DNA from: a virus
Virus record (IMG/VR): IMGVR_UViG_3300025005_000002
Span: 32,001 to 96,000 of that record
Length of the DNA: 64,000 nucleotides
Direction: 5' to 3' (one strand)
The notes beneath the pieces are model-generated. The model searched no databases, had not been told where the DNA came from, and was given only the letters and a program-made list of their open reading frames with translations. Position 1 is the stretch's first letter. Every line of letters begins with the position of its first letter. This document shows positions 36,569-47,927 of the stretch, one piece after another. A program made the translations under genes and the position numbers.

Positions 36569-37063
36569 ATGTCTACCAGACCAATTCTAAGATCAGTTAT
36601 ATTATTAATTAGTACTGTATGTCTTAGTTGGTCTATCTATGGATTTATGACCTCAATCCCACAACCAGTGACACGAGTAGCAGCGATTAATAGAGCGCAA
36701 CTTGCTTTATATAAGGTCAAAGCGCCACCAGGTAAAATAAATGACCTAAGTAAAGCAGTGACAAACGCATCAGCCATGACTGATCTTTCTCCGGAATTAA
36801 TTGTGGCATTAATGAAAACAGAATCCGAATTTAATTATAAAGCAGTATCGAATAAGGGATATAAGGGATTAATGCAAACACCATGGGCTACGTTTAAGTG
36901 GGCTAGTGTGGACACATTGCATGGTGCTGAGATTTTGCGTGAGAAGTTGCGGTATAGTAGAGGCGATTTAAAGCTTGCACTTGCCTTATATAAAGGCGGG
37001 AATAACGAAGCAGCAAGAGCATATGCAACAGAAACTTTTGCTTTGTATAAGAGGTTACTTTGA
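36569..37063 (+). CDS. Lytic transglycosylase (SLT) with N-terminal membrane anchor
   Basis: ALMKTESEFN..AVSNKGYKGLMQ..ALALYKGG; hydrophobic N-terminus; RBS AGGAGG. Confidence 0.85.
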   Translation: MSTRPILRSVILLISTVCLSWSIYGFMTSIPQPVTRVAAINRAQLALYKVKAPPGKINDLSKAVTNASAMTDLSPELIVALMKTESEFNYKAVSNKGYKGLMQTPWATFKWASVDTLHGAEILREKLRYSRGDLKLALALYKGGNNEAARAYATETFALYKRLL

Positions 37064-37234
37064 CAAGGAGGATGAGGTAAATGAATACCCCTAAACCGTG
37101 TGACACATGCAGAAATTTGTATGTAGATGTAATGGCGGAGGATGATCCCAGTTACGAAGCGGAATGCAAATTGGATATCCCGTTGGGGTACATGAATTGT
37201 CCAAAATATTATAAAGATAAGAGAGAGGGATCAA

Positions 37235-37453
37235 ATGAAGTCAATTAGCGGGGAAGATATACAGATACAAGCTCATAATGTGTGGACCAAAATACAGAAG
37301 GTTGGATTTTGGTGGTTGATTGTCTTTATGCTTGGTGCTGCTAGTGGATTCAAAATTGCAGAGCATCTATATTCAACAAAATTCGATGATGCTATTAAGT
37401 TAGGAGGTGTTATTCATAAGACATTCGTATATGACATAAAATTGCGTCCATAA
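37235..37453 (+). CDS. Small membrane protein
   Basis: FWWLIVFMLGAASG. Confidence 0.5.
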   Translation: MKSISGEDIQIQAHNVWTKIQKVGFWWLIVFMLGAASGFKIAEHLYSTKFDDAIKLGGVIHKTFVYDIKLRP

Positions 37454-37678
37454 TGTTGTAATTGTGGCAACCCTCAACAATAAATGGAGGACAGCGCACA
37501 TGGCCAAAACCGTTTTAGAATTTGCATTTAGGGATATGATTGGTAAGGAACGATCCAAGAATATCAGAAAATGGCCAGAAGGGGATGTGCGTAGGACGAT
37601 TACGGTTGCACTGTGGAACATCAAAGAAGCAAGGAAAAAACAGTTCATGATTAAAAATAGTGAGGAGGTAATGCGGTA

Positions 37679-38587
37679 ATGGCAGCCAAAGAAATCATAC
37701 CTTTGTATGATCTGATGGTTCAGTTATTTGTGGTTTCTATGCCACAATGTAAAATACCAGTCCAGTTGTTGGGGCACATAATGAATATACCACCCGGTAC
37801 TATGGTTAAGGTGGTAAATGGTTGTCCATTTCCAAGCGGGGCAAAATTAACCCGTGGTGGGCATCGTGGGTTAGAAGTATTCATAACACAACCTTTATTT
37901 GTCTCACGAGTTGATCGTGCAGCGGCAGTACAAATAGTAAAAGATAAGCCTGAATGGGGGCCATACGGGGTCGTGCTACCTGTTTTGGCTGATGATATCA
38001 TAGCCCAGGTTGAGAAGGTGATTGAAAATATTATGAAATTGAAGGGTGGGAATATTAAGAAGGCAGCCATTATTAAGAATGGTTGTCCCGAGGTATATAG
38101 ATTATCATGGTTTGTTAAAGACCCGATCCAAGGTGAATTTTACAAAACGGTACAGGAAGCAATGGGGAAAGTCCCCAGCAAAAAAGACAAATTTCCAGTG
38201 GTCGTACCAGTACCAATGTTACAAATGCCGAAACTGGCTCCAAGTACCCCGGAACAAATGGCTACATACAGGGCGAAGCATCATGTGTCACCGCTTGACA
38301 ACTACAGTCTCATCAACTTTGTCACTGATATCCAAGGACTAATCACCTCTAAGGACGAATATATCGCGGTGATTAAGCGGATGGAAAACAAGATTAATCG
38401 TGAGTATCCTGCCTTGATTGCATTAAAGGAAGCTGAGAAAGTTGCTGCAGAAAAGAATGCCGGAAAATTGAAGGATCGGGTTGTTGTATTAGAACACACG
38501 AATAGTCAGTTGCACGAAGAGATCAAGAATTTGAAAAAGCATCCTAAGTTTGCTGGGTTTGTCAGGATAAGTGAGATAAAGAAATAA
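37679..38587 (+). CDS. Hypothetical protein with C-terminal coiled coil
   Basis: 302-aa ORF, TAATG overlap. Confidence 0.65.
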   Translation: MAAKEIIPLYDLMVQLFVVSMPQCKIPVQLLGHIMNIPPGTMVKVVNGCPFPSGAKLTRGGHRGLEVFITQPLFVSRVDRAAAVQIVKDKPEWGPYGVVLPVLADDIIAQVEKVIENIMKLKGGNIKKAAIIKNGCPEVYRLSWFVKDPIQGEFYKTVQEAMGKVPSKKDKFPVVVPVPMLQMPKLAPSTPEQMATYRAKHHVSPLDNYSLINFVTDIQGLITSKDEYIAVIKRMENKINREYPALIALKEAEKVAAEKNAGKLKDRVVVLEHTNSQLHEEIKNLKKHPKFAGFVRISEIKK

Positions 38588-38681
38588 GGTGGATGACTAT
38601 GAGCTTGTGCTTCGGTTGTTAATTGGGGTACCATGTGCTATATATCTTTTCAAGAAAATATTTCTCTAGTGAGGAGAAAGT

Positions 38682-39062
38682 ATGATTCCCATACCGCCTG
38701 TACAATACCTGCGTGACCAGTTTAATATTATTGATGTAACGATTACAGGAATGAAACTGGACGATGGGCGAGTAGCGTTTGGATTCGCCTATCGGTCGCC
38801 CAAGGATCCCCCTGACAAGGCAATTGGTGGGTATCTATCTATTAAGAGAGCAATTGGGATGGTTCATGCCGCCCAGAATGGCGTATCACACACGTTGGCT
38901 AGGATAGATTCAACTCCGAAAAGAGGTGATGTGCTGAAATCGTTTCTTGGTCCAAAAGACAAGCTCGTTGACGTTTTATGGAGTATGAATAATGAGTATC
39001 AACAGGCTCTCTCTGCGAGGGTTGGAAAAATACTTATTGGGATGGAAAGACAGAAGAAATGA
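38682..39062 (+). CDS. Phage hypothetical protein
   Basis: GFAYRSPKDPPDKAIG..KRA pattern; RBS GAGGAG. Confidence 0.6.
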   Translation: MIPIPPVQYLRDQFNIIDVTITGMKLDDGRVAFGFAYRSPKDPPDKAIGGYLSIKRAIGMVHAAQNGVSHTLARIDSTPKRGDVLKSFLGPKDKLVDVLWSMNNEYQQALSARVGKILIGMERQKK

Positions 39063-39479
39063 TCAACAGATGTCAAGGAGGAGTAAGATGCCTGACGATA
39101 TGGGATTTTTGGAAAAAAAGATTCTAGATCGTTTACAAAAAAATACGCCCAAAGAATATTGTCATAATTGTGGGTGTGATAACTGTATCAAAAGACGGAT
39201 TGAATTTGATGAACAACATAATAAAATGACAATGGCCGCAGTAATATCGGCAGCATTATGACCAAGTCAAAAGGGGTACACAAATCACCTGCCAAGTTGT
39301 TGGAGGAAAAGAAGAAACTTGTGCAAGAGACCCTCATTGGGTTAAAATCTAGTGCAGAGGCTATTGGCGCAACAAATGTAAGTGCCAAGTTTAAGGATGG
39401 AGCGATTTGGGTTGAGTTTGACCTATCAAAGGCAATTTCTGGTAGGAAAGAAGTTGGCCAGAAGGCCAAGGGAGGTCGG

Positions 39480-40293
39480 CATGGCGAAGGTTGTAGTGTG
39501 GACGTGGCTCGAAACCCTGACCAAGGCACTGCAGAAAATCGGCGCAAGACTCAAGGTGGTGAACAGAAGGGGAAGCCGAAACCTCTTGCGGTTCAACGTG
39601 GGGACCGATCGGCAGGGGGAGTTTTTCACGCTCTCGGTAAACGAAGAGTCCGAGGATGCGGATGTGCGGATTGTCGGGGTGAATCCGGATCTCGCGCAAG
39701 CGCTGATCCTAGTGGTGACCAAGGATGAAAAGGGAAAGGAGCAAAAGGAGAAACTCCTTCTGGGTCACGACGAGCGCCATTGGTTCGTGGCGGGTGTGCC
39801 CGAAAAAGCGCGTAACATCAAGGATGCATTCAAGCTCCTAAAGCCTGAGGCTGCGCGGCTTTCTCAGGAGAGGGCCGGGGTTGGTGGTAAGGCTCTGGAC
39901 AAGCGGAGGAACAAGGGATTCATCCGTCAGGGTGAGTGGTTCTTCGTGCCGGTGCAGTTCGAGCCAGACAAGACCCAGCACATTTATAAGAACGAACCCA
40001 TTCAGAGGAGCGCTGGGTCCACTCCGCATATCGTGGAGAAGCTGGTACGAATGGGCGGTCAGCAGGTGTATTTATTGCGTGGCAAGATCTATACTCAGGG
40101 TCAGCGTGATGCGTACGTTACCCTCAACGGCAATACCAATTTTCAGGTCAGGACCCAGAATGCGCAAGTCTTCGTGACCGGGAGGGTGTCCCACAAGGAC
40201 CACAAGACCATTCATCTGCAGGGCTGGCATGAAGTGCACCTGTCCCGTGAATCCGGGAATATGGGACGCAGTGCCCAGGGTTTCCTGGATTAA
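39480..40293 (+). CDS. GC-rich hypothetical protein
   Basis: RBS GGAGG before ATG 39480; LLGHDERHWFVA..FIRQGEWFFVP; GC-ending codons. Confidence 0.7.
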
Positions 40294-40302
40294 CTATTAA
40301 TA

Positions 40303-40380
40303 GCCTCCATAGCTCAATTGGGTAGAGCATTCGCCTTATAAGCGAAAGGTTGGTTGGTTCAATTCCACCTGGAGGCACCA
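40303..40380 (+). tRNA. tRNA-Ile(UAU)
   Basis: Acceptor GCCTCCA/TGGAGGC, D arm AGCTC..GAGC, anticodon stem TTCGC/GCGAA with loop CTTATAA, T loop TTCAATT, encoded CCA. Confidence 0.88.
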
Positions 40381-40393
40381 ATATCGCTGGGAG

Positions 40394-40645
40394 ATGCTCT
40401 ATCCTAATTGTGGGGTTGATAGTATCTCCTCTGCTACCATGGGTAACATCTCCCAGCGATACCAAAAGAAAGGAGTATCAGAAGATAAATGCTACAAATG
40501 TGGTGTAACAGATTGGATGGGAGAGCCATTAAGCAAACATCTTCATCATAAAGATGGTAATAATGAAAATAACGTAAGAGAGAATCTAGAAAATCATTGT
40601 CTAAAAACATATGCCAAGATAAAGGGGGAGTGGCGGAATTCGTAG
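40394..40645 (+). pseudogene. Degenerate HNH endonuclease remnant
   Basis: CYKCGVTDWMGEPL..HHKDGNNENN..NL, lacking the final CPNCH. Confidence 0.55.
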
Positions 40646-40710
40646 ACGCAAGGGCCTTAAAAGCCCTTGGCCTTAGGGCCGTGAGAGTTCAATTCTCTCC
40701 TTCCACACCA
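40624..40710 (+). tRNA. tRNA-Leu(UAA)
   Basis: TGGCGGAAT..AGACGC D arm, AGGGC-CTTAAAA-GCCCT anticodon arm, long variable arm, GAGAG-TTCAATT-CTCTC, CCA end; one acceptor mismatch (G2:A71). Confidence 0.8.
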
Positions 40711-40923
40711 CATTTTTTTAGGAGGATTTGATGACCCGAGAACGAGCTACTGAATTAAAATATTTCAAATGATTTCGATGCAATGTTAATTTAGGTCCTG
40801 CTGAATCAGATATAATTGACGATATGAACCAACGATTTATGAATAAAACAGGGAAGAATATCCCAAAAGGTTGGAACTTTTCGCAAGATGGCGAGACTCT
40901 TTTGGATCAAGAATAGGGAGGTA

Positions 40924-41169
40924 ATGATGTCAGAAGAAGTATCGTTTTGGTTGCATTGTAAGAAATGTTTGGATGAACGTCCAGGTGGCATTTCGCCAAA
41001 GGATTATGCCAGACAACAGATTGGTGTTACCCCTTTTGGTGAGACCATTGTATGGTGCAATAGACATAATATGGAGGTTGCAAGACTTGAAATGTCCAAT
41101 GATCAAGCCGCAAAATTTGAAACATGTACCTGTGGTGAGTGTAATTTAATGGCACCAAAAAGTAATTAA
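40924..41169 (+). CDS. Cys/His-rich phage hypothetical protein
   Basis: HCKKC..VWCNRH; RBS GGAGG. Confidence 0.6.
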   Translation: MMSEEVSFWLHCKKCLDERPGGISPKDYARQQIGVTPFGETIVWCNRHNMEVARLEMSNDQAAKFETCTCGECNLMAPKSN

Positions 41170-41417
41170 GGAGGAGTAATGAGAAAACCAAAGGTAACCG
41201 AAGAACCACGACTTGGGTTAATTGATCCAACAAAGCTTACATCAGTAGTGGATTTAGATGTGGAGAAAGAAGTGCAGGTATGGCTAAACAAGGTAAGCAA
41301 ACTTTCGAATCATACATTATCCAGTGTAATTACAGTGTTACTGTCTGTGCAGTGTATTAATTTTGAGTCAGTGGTAAGAGCTAAGGCCAAGAAGAAGACA
41401 GTGAAAATAAAATTATA

Positions 41418-41708
41418 ATGGATCAATACTCTGGCGGTAACTGTCCTAAATGTGGTGGAATATTAAAAGATGTATTTGTATCAATAGAGTATGAGGAGGC
41501 GATAGAACGTGTCTGTACGAACTGCCAATATAGTTTTGATGAACGTCCGTTGGACTGGGTGGATATCAAGGAAGTAAAAATTCGTTCGATAGGAGAGCCC
41601 TATGGACACGGAAAAGCAGCTGTGCAAGTATTGCAAGAAGCGGGTGGACAAGTGGTGCCAGGTGGAGAAGAAGTTCGTACCAAAGAAGTTCTCATGCCAA
41701 GAATTTAA
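41418..41708 (+). CDS. Zinc-ribbon protein
   Basis: CPKCGG..CTNC. Confidence 0.5.
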   Translation: MDQYSGGNCPKCGGILKDVFVSIEYEEAIERVCTNCQYSFDERPLDWVDIKEVKIRSIGEPYGHGKAAVQVLQEAGGQVVPGGEEVRTKEVLMPRI

Positions 41709-41725
41709 AAAGAAATAAGAGGAGA

Positions 41726-42235
41726 ATGACCATGGATAATAAGTGGCATAAGATGCTGCTTGCTGTCATCGGTGGATTTCTCTTGGGATTGTGTTTTATG
41801 TGGGGTTTTGATTCATACGGTGGGGAATACATGACATACACGGACCCCAAGACTGGGGTGAAGTACTTCGGTGATGCGTTACCACCGAGTATCCCAGCTA
41901 ATGCCCGGGTTGAAGTACGGGAACATGAGTGTGTATCAATAGTTGGTAACAACTGGACTGCCACAGAAAGAAATAAGGTAGTGATATTGAGGGTCAATAC
42001 TCCAAAACCGGTAACTAAGGTAGAAACGCAACCATTACATATGCAAATATCAAATTTGCCATCAAGTAATTCAGTTTATGATGAATTGATATATGAATCC
42101 GAACGACCAATCAGACCCGGTAATTCAATATATGAAAGAGACTTTAATCGAGCCACAAATGCATGGGGTCGATATAAAGATAAAATGTTTGATTGGAGAG
42201 CGAAAGGGTATGGTATGGGTTTAAGATCTAGATGA
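41726..42235 (+). CDS. Membrane-anchored DUF4124-like protein
   Basis: N-terminal hydrophobic helix followed by YTDPKTGVKYFGDALPP. Confidence 0.6.
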   Translation: MTMDNKWHKMLLAVIGGFLLGLCFMWGFDSYGGEYMTYTDPKTGVKYFGDALPPSIPANARVEVREHECVSIVGNNWTATERNKVVILRVNTPKPVTKVETQPLHMQISNLPSSNSVYDELIYESERPIRPGNSIYERDFNRATNAWGRYKDKMFDWRAKGYGMGLRSR

Positions 42236-42550
42236 TTAAACATCCCGCACTGGATGATCCGGTGGGGCTCTGTTTTGGACTTACTACAGGTAGATGTTTT
42301 ACAGTAATTGGTTTATATTACCCACATCATAAAGGCTGTGGGTACACAGGGGGCCGGATGGAATCCTGCTGTGGAAGTGTAGTGCCGAAACATAGCAACA
42401 ATGAAGTATCTGTCCAGCACTTAAACGTATAATCCTGTATTTTGGTCAAATTTCGAGGAGGTGGTATAAATTTAAAAGATTTTCTTTTCTTTTCGTCGTC
42501 TATGCTTAGATGGCCCAAATTAATCAGTACTATTTACTCTGGAGGTAATA

Positions 42551-42817
42551 ATGGGGTTTGATGGGTCTAGTTTGGAGGTTATTCAACGAGAATATGTAAT
42601 GAGGGTTTTGCGAGAATTAGAATGGATCGATAAAACAGTAAAGGAGGTTTGTAGTTTTACAGAAGACCATAGGAAGAAGATCCGCCGTCGAGTAGAAGAC
42701 TACTTACGGAAATGCCCTCCTGAGGAATTGGCTATAGTGGTTGCAGTATGTGGTATTAAGACAACCGTTGAGGAGGGGAAGACAAAAGCTTATGGGGAGG
42801 AGTCCAGAGAAAAATAA
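42551..42817 (+). CDS. Hypothetical protein
   Basis: RBS GGAGG; KIRRRVEDYLRK. Confidence 0.55.
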   Translation: MGFDGSSLEVIQREYVMRVLRELEWIDKTVKEVCSFTEDHRKKIRRRVEDYLRKCPPEELAIVVAVCGIKTTVEEGKTKAYGEESREK

Positions 42818-43734
42818 AGAATATAAAGAGGTATTCTCTATGGGACCTTAATGGGTTATGTTTATGAGCGAGTAACCTGTGTACTCCTTGAGAGTACGAG
42901 GCTCTATATATTATGAGATTTATATGTTAGCTTATTGTATTGCAGTTATTAACTGCACCCTAGATTGGGTTTGCCCTGATCAGGCTCTGATTACTATAGT
43001 TGTTTTATTGTGGTGGATGGGGATATAGGACCATGGTCCTATATCCCCAAATTTGTTAAGGGGGTGATGATGGTAAAACTATCCCCAAGGTATGTAATAG
43101 TGACCATAGGGAATATTATTTTTAGAAACAATACAACATGTATTAAATGTAGTATCTGTGGGGCAATTTGTGATGGAGAGACACAACAAGATCAAATTAA
43201 TAAACTTTTTGAATGCCTTGGTAAACATATCCCCGCAGAGCATTTATATGAGGTATATGAAACAGAAGGCAATAAAGTTATTACACAAATAAACAAGGAG
43301 GTTTGGGATAAAGCAAAAAAATCCACAAAATATCGGGGGTAAATGATGCGATGTCACAAATGTAAGAGTCGTTGGTTCCATATTCATCACCAAGGTGGAG
43401 AAGCAACATGTGAAACTTGTGGTAAGAATCGTCGGATTAAACGGGCCCACATATGTCGTATGAGGGTTAAAAAAGAAGATATAGTGTAAATAACAACCCA
43501 GGTTTGCCTATCCTGGTAGAAAGGAGGCGTATATAAAATAGGTAATATGAAGTGGGGGTATATATGAGTAAGTGTAGTCATGGTACAGTTTTTGAACAAG
43601 ATCGTAAATATGTTGAACTGTTGTTTGTATTGAGGCTTGTCACTAACAAGCTACTGGATTTATTTAAACTGTAGTAGTGGCTGTGCATTGCACACACACA
43701 AGGGTCTTAGACCCACAAAAGGAGGAATATTACC

Positions 43735-44088
43735 ATGTTGGCAGAAGTGACATGCGTGGACCAGAAAGACCTGAGGTTTGCAACTTCCAAGCGAATGCTG
43801 GTCCGGGTGATGAAGCTCTTGAACGTGAGGCCGAAGTTGGGCAAGTTCCATACACCTCATGTCAAGGAAGGTAAGTGGGTATGGATGTTAATCACCCGGA
43901 GCAACGACCCGCAGAAGAAGGTGCCCATCTACTTTTCGGTGGATCAGGGGACCATGGACGCGCAACTGTCAGTAACTCACAGGAGTCAAGATAAGCTCTG
44001 GACACACAGATTGCCTCTTCCACTCGATTTAAAGAACATCAGCCCTGATGAAGTCTTCAAACAGCTGGGGTTCTTTTCGGATTATTAA
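43735..44088 (+). CDS. GC-rich hypothetical protein
   Basis: RBS AGGAGG; GC-ending codons. Confidence 0.6.
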   Translation: MLAEVTCVDQKDLRFATSKRMLVRVMKLLNVRPKLGKFHTPHVKEGKWVWMLITRSNDPQKKVPIYFSVDQGTMDAQLSVTHRSQDKLWTHRLPLPLDLKNISPDEVFKQLGFFSDY

Positions 44089-44111
44089 GTAGAAAGTAAC
44101 AAATAAGATTA

Positions 44112-44210
44112 CGCCGCCTGGGCCGGGGCGGATGAAATACCGGCCATTGCCCACCTGCACCGCTGCGCAATGCGGCATACAATCGGGCAGCATAGGCATC
44201 CTAGCCTATG
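44112..44210. ncRNA. Candidate pseudoknotted GC-rich structured RNA
   Basis: Hairpin 44114-18/44127-31 whose loop GGCCGG complements CCGGCC at 44140-45; stems 44148-52/44185-89, 44160-63/44172-75 and 44191-97/44204-10. Confidence 0.45.
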
Positions 44211-44597
44211 GTATTAAACTTTTCCCCAAGAAATTATAATGGAGTTGTTAATGGTAAAACTTCAAAATTTATATTTTGTGTATCAAGCCCAAGATCTGTA
44301 TGTTTAAACCACACGAAGGTGCTGTGCCAATTCCATATTTTAATACATCAGAAAAAACATATATTAATAATGCATTACGGATGTATCGACACATTGCTCA
44401 TGGTAGTGATGCTGATCATATAGACACCATTGCTGTGGTGGTATCTAGGGACGGTATATTATATGAATTTCAATTTTGGATACTTTGGCGAGCAGTATTA
44501 CTTTACAAATTAAATTTCCCAACCAATCCTATATGTGCAAATTCAGAACTAGTGGTAAGTCGTATATTTACCAAGATTAAGGAGACAATTAACCGTT

Positions 44598-45029
44598 ATG
44601 GATTGGATAACGATAATGAAGGTAAAGGAACAATTAGATAATTCAATTATACCATTTGATGAATTGGCAGCATTAGTTGGTGGTATTGGTAGTTATGTGC
44701 AGGTTAAACCAGATCAAAAAGAATTTCTGGAAGTTGCGATAGAGAAATTAAAACGTCAAAGACAGTCTGCAATGAATGTTGTTATCCAAGGCTCAATGGT
44801 AAATGCCAACATTAAGGATTGTATCTTAACTAAAAAAGAAATTGATGGTATATCAAAGGCATTTTCGTTATATAGGATGACTGTTGATAATATTGAATGG
44901 GGCCCAAGAGCAGTCGGTATTACTGATCATCTTGCCGAAATGAATAAATGTTTTAAGGAAGCAGTTCGTACACTCATTGACGAAGAGATGAAAGATTCTG
45001 ATGAGGAGGGAAAATGTGACAAGGTGTGA
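44598..45029 (+). CDS. Hypothetical protein
   Basis: 143-aa ORF in co-oriented run. Confidence 0.5.
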   Translation: MDWITIMKVKEQLDNSIIPFDELAALVGGIGSYVQVKPDQKEFLEVAIEKLKRQRQSAMNVVIQGSMVNANIKDCILTKKEIDGISKAFSLYRMTVDNIEWGPRAVGITDHLAEMNKCFKEAVRTLIDEEMKDSDEEGKCDKV

Positions 45030-45239
45030 GTGTGGACATGGGAAAATAGACCATTTTACGGTATCACCAGTAGGGGCTGGGTGTGGGAAATTGGGTGTTG
45101 ATGGTTTCCCATGTAAATGCGAAGGGTTTATACCAAATAAAGATGACATTATCACAGCAATAGAAAATAGATGTAAACAAGGTGGTAGTGTCCCATGTGA
45201 AAGCATATTGTCAATTATCCGCAATGTGGGGAAATAAAA

Positions 45240-45611
45240 ATGATAAAAATACCACTCAAAATGCTCGACAAATTTAAAGATCCAATAAAATATATTGAGT
45301 ATTTACATAAGTTAATATGGTTATCTAGTAGGAACGTAGTATTTTGGGGTAGCTATAATGAGAAGACAGATAAGTGGGATGAAGATGCTCATCCATTTAT
45401 AAACTGTAATGATACATTTTATTTTGCGACTGCAGACGGGGAGGATTTTGAAGAAAAAGATATGGATTTAATTATAGAGGCCTACAAAAAATTTGGGTAT
45501 TCAGGAGTTGATGCGTGGATTGCTTTGAAAAGGGGGATCGATGTTTTGGAACAGCGTATTACACCAGAATATTTAAAAGCTAAGAAATGGTTACAAGATG
45601 AGTCTAGATAA
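45240..45611 (+). CDS. Phage hypothetical protein
   Basis: NCNDTFYFATADGE pattern. Confidence 0.65.
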   Translation: MIKIPLKMLDKFKDPIKYIEYLHKLIWLSSRNVVFWGSYNEKTDKWDEDAHPFINCNDTFYFATADGEDFEEKDMDLIIEAYKKFGYSGVDAWIALKRGIDVLEQRITPEYLKAKKWLQDESR

Positions 45612-46629
45612 GGCGATTAAGCATGGTAAAGAAAAACGCAAACCATACAGAAAGGCAAAAGCAATCGATGCATCATGTAGAAATCATGGGGGGTGTCCAT
45701 GGTGTGAGGCGAATAGAACACACAAATCAAAAGTACATAAAAAAGATATAGATGAGGATATAAATGAATCTGATTAAACATGCATATTTGGCTGATATTC
45801 AAACATCATTAAATATCTTGTGTGATTCATTATATATTAAACTTGGACCTGAGTTTGTATTTATTGGGCGTTTATATATTTTACATAAATATATTAAATG
45901 GAATATTATTGAAGCTATACATACATGGGTTTACAGGGGGGATAAAGATGTGGAGTAATATACCAAAGGGACGTGTTGTGGTACATCCTACTAAAGAAGA
46001 ATATGAATATATGGACGGGCTAAGATTCCCATTCATACATAATAAAGAAAATCAAGAAAAGGAGAAACGATATAAAAGATTTTGTGTACTTAAAGATAAG
46101 CGATTAGGTGGCAAAGAATATAAAAAATTAGAAGAACGTATTCAAAAATTGATATTTGAAAATAAAGAAAGATTTTTCGATCCAAGGATTGGTGAAGAAA
46201 TCAAACCAATTTGTAAACGAAATAAAGGAGGATGGAGTAATGTCAGTCGAAGAACTTAAAAAGAAAATTGATGGGATGAGTTATGAACAATTATTAAGAC
46301 ATAATAGGTTTGCGCCCGCTGGTGATTCAATGTTTATAGGCGAGATTGGTAGATATTATATGAAAGTGATGGCTGAAAAGAGAAAGATTATTGGTGATGA
46401 AGAACATACCGCTACCAGTAAATTAATAGGTTGGGAGCAAAAATAATGTTTAAAACAGATGGACCAACATTACCCCCAAATGATCCAATTTGGTTAACTA
46501 CTAGGCAAGTATGTGCAAAGTGTGGTAAGGAATATTGTGTTTGTAATCTTAATCCTTCACTAGAGGAAGAAATAAAAAAGATGAACAAAAAACTAGACGT
46601 TATTTTGACAATCCTAGATCGGAGAAAAC

Positions 46630-47016
46630 ATGATCGTAAAGAGAGATGAACCATTTTATAAGCGCATATATTTTACTTTTATTAATGAGTGGGCGCAATT
46701 TTTTGGGCATTATAATTGGAAAAACTGGGATTGGTGTTTAATCCAGGTTATGTATGAGAATGATATTATCTTGGGTGCATATGAAATTCAGATTGTCATA
46801 TTTGGGCTTGGATTTTGTATACGATTTACTAAATCCATTAAAACTAAAGAAATGCTTGATATAGAGGAGCAATTGAAAAAGATTGAATCTGGGGAAGCTG
46901 CTAAAAATTGGAAAGATTGGGAAGAAGTAAAAAAGGAATTATTTGGAAATTGTTGTCCCAGGTGTTATTATAAACTGGATGGATCGGAGGACAAAGATGA
47001 CAAAGATAAAAATTAA
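46630..47016 (+). CDS. Hypothetical protein
   Basis: 128-aa ORF with RBS GGAG. Confidence 0.55.
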   Translation: MIVKRDEPFYKRIYFTFINEWAQFFGHYNWKNWDWCLIQVMYENDIILGAYEIQIVIFGLGFCIRFTKSIKTKEMLDIEEQLKKIESGEAAKNWKDWEEVKKELFGNCCPRCYYKLDGSEDKDDKDKN

Positions 47017-47516
47017 AGGTAATGTGCGTGTAAATACATATGCTATTATTAGCCGTGCAATAGAAGAGGGGCTTGAGTATGGATGGAACCGAGCTCACAA
47101 ACATACTAATACCCCGTCTAAAGAAACAATATTAATAGAGCAGGAAAATGCTGTTATGCTTAATCTTGATGAAGTATTAATATATGATTCTATAGAGGAT
47201 AAAGATGAAGATACACCTAAAATTCCATGATTCTAACGAACGGCATACAAAAACAACTATATTTATAAAAGCACAATGGACACCAAGTAACGAAATTAGA
47301 ATGGAATAATCAATCAATTTATATCTTCCTTCATGAAGAATTATTAAAGATTAAAAAAGCAGATGGTAATGTGGTACCACTTCTTGTATCAGAAGCTGAT
47401 ATGGTTGGTACTGATTGGGTAGTAGTATCACCACAAGAAACAATAAATACAGAATTTATGGAGGTAGCAGAATCTAAAGGCAATACTGACTTGATTATAA
47501 AACCGGAGGAGATAGA

Positions 47517-47927
47517 ATGAAGGCTGTTCTTGAACATGTGGTGGTGGATTCGTTGGCAGAATTTGGTATCCCAGAAATAGATGTAAAATTTACTGCTGCT
47601 GAATGGCAGTTAATGAGAAAGTTTGTCCGGATGGCCAAGGAACACCTTGATGTTATTGAGTCCGATTTATCCCCATATGAGCAACTGGTGTACAAAAAGA
47701 TGGTGCCATTTTTTATGGAAATAGATGAGCAGGTTGCAAAATCGTTAGAAGATATTAAGAGTAAACATGAGAATGTCAATATGGATGCAGTAAAGGATTT
47801 TCACCGTTATGATTGGTCTGAGGAACTCGCTAAAAATGTGGCTACAGATGAGGAAATAGCGGCGATGCGGAAAGAGGAGGAGGAAGCAGCCCAAATAACT
47901 ACAGGAGGTACTCCCCAATTACCATAG
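47517..47927 (+). CDS. Acidic hypothetical protein
   Basis: RBS GGAGGAG. Confidence 0.6.
   Translation: MKAVLEHVVVDSLAEFGIPEIDVKFTAAEWQLMRKFVRMAKEHLDVIESDLSPYEQLVYKKMVPFFMEIDEQVAKSLEDIKSKHENVNMDAVKDFHRYDWSEELAKNVATDEEIAAMRKEEEEAAQITTGGTPQLP

Noticed and set aside
44112-44125. ZTP (pfl) riboswitch suggested by CGCCGCCTGGGC
   Set aside because: The upstream P1 and GACUGGCG pseudoknot partner are absent.
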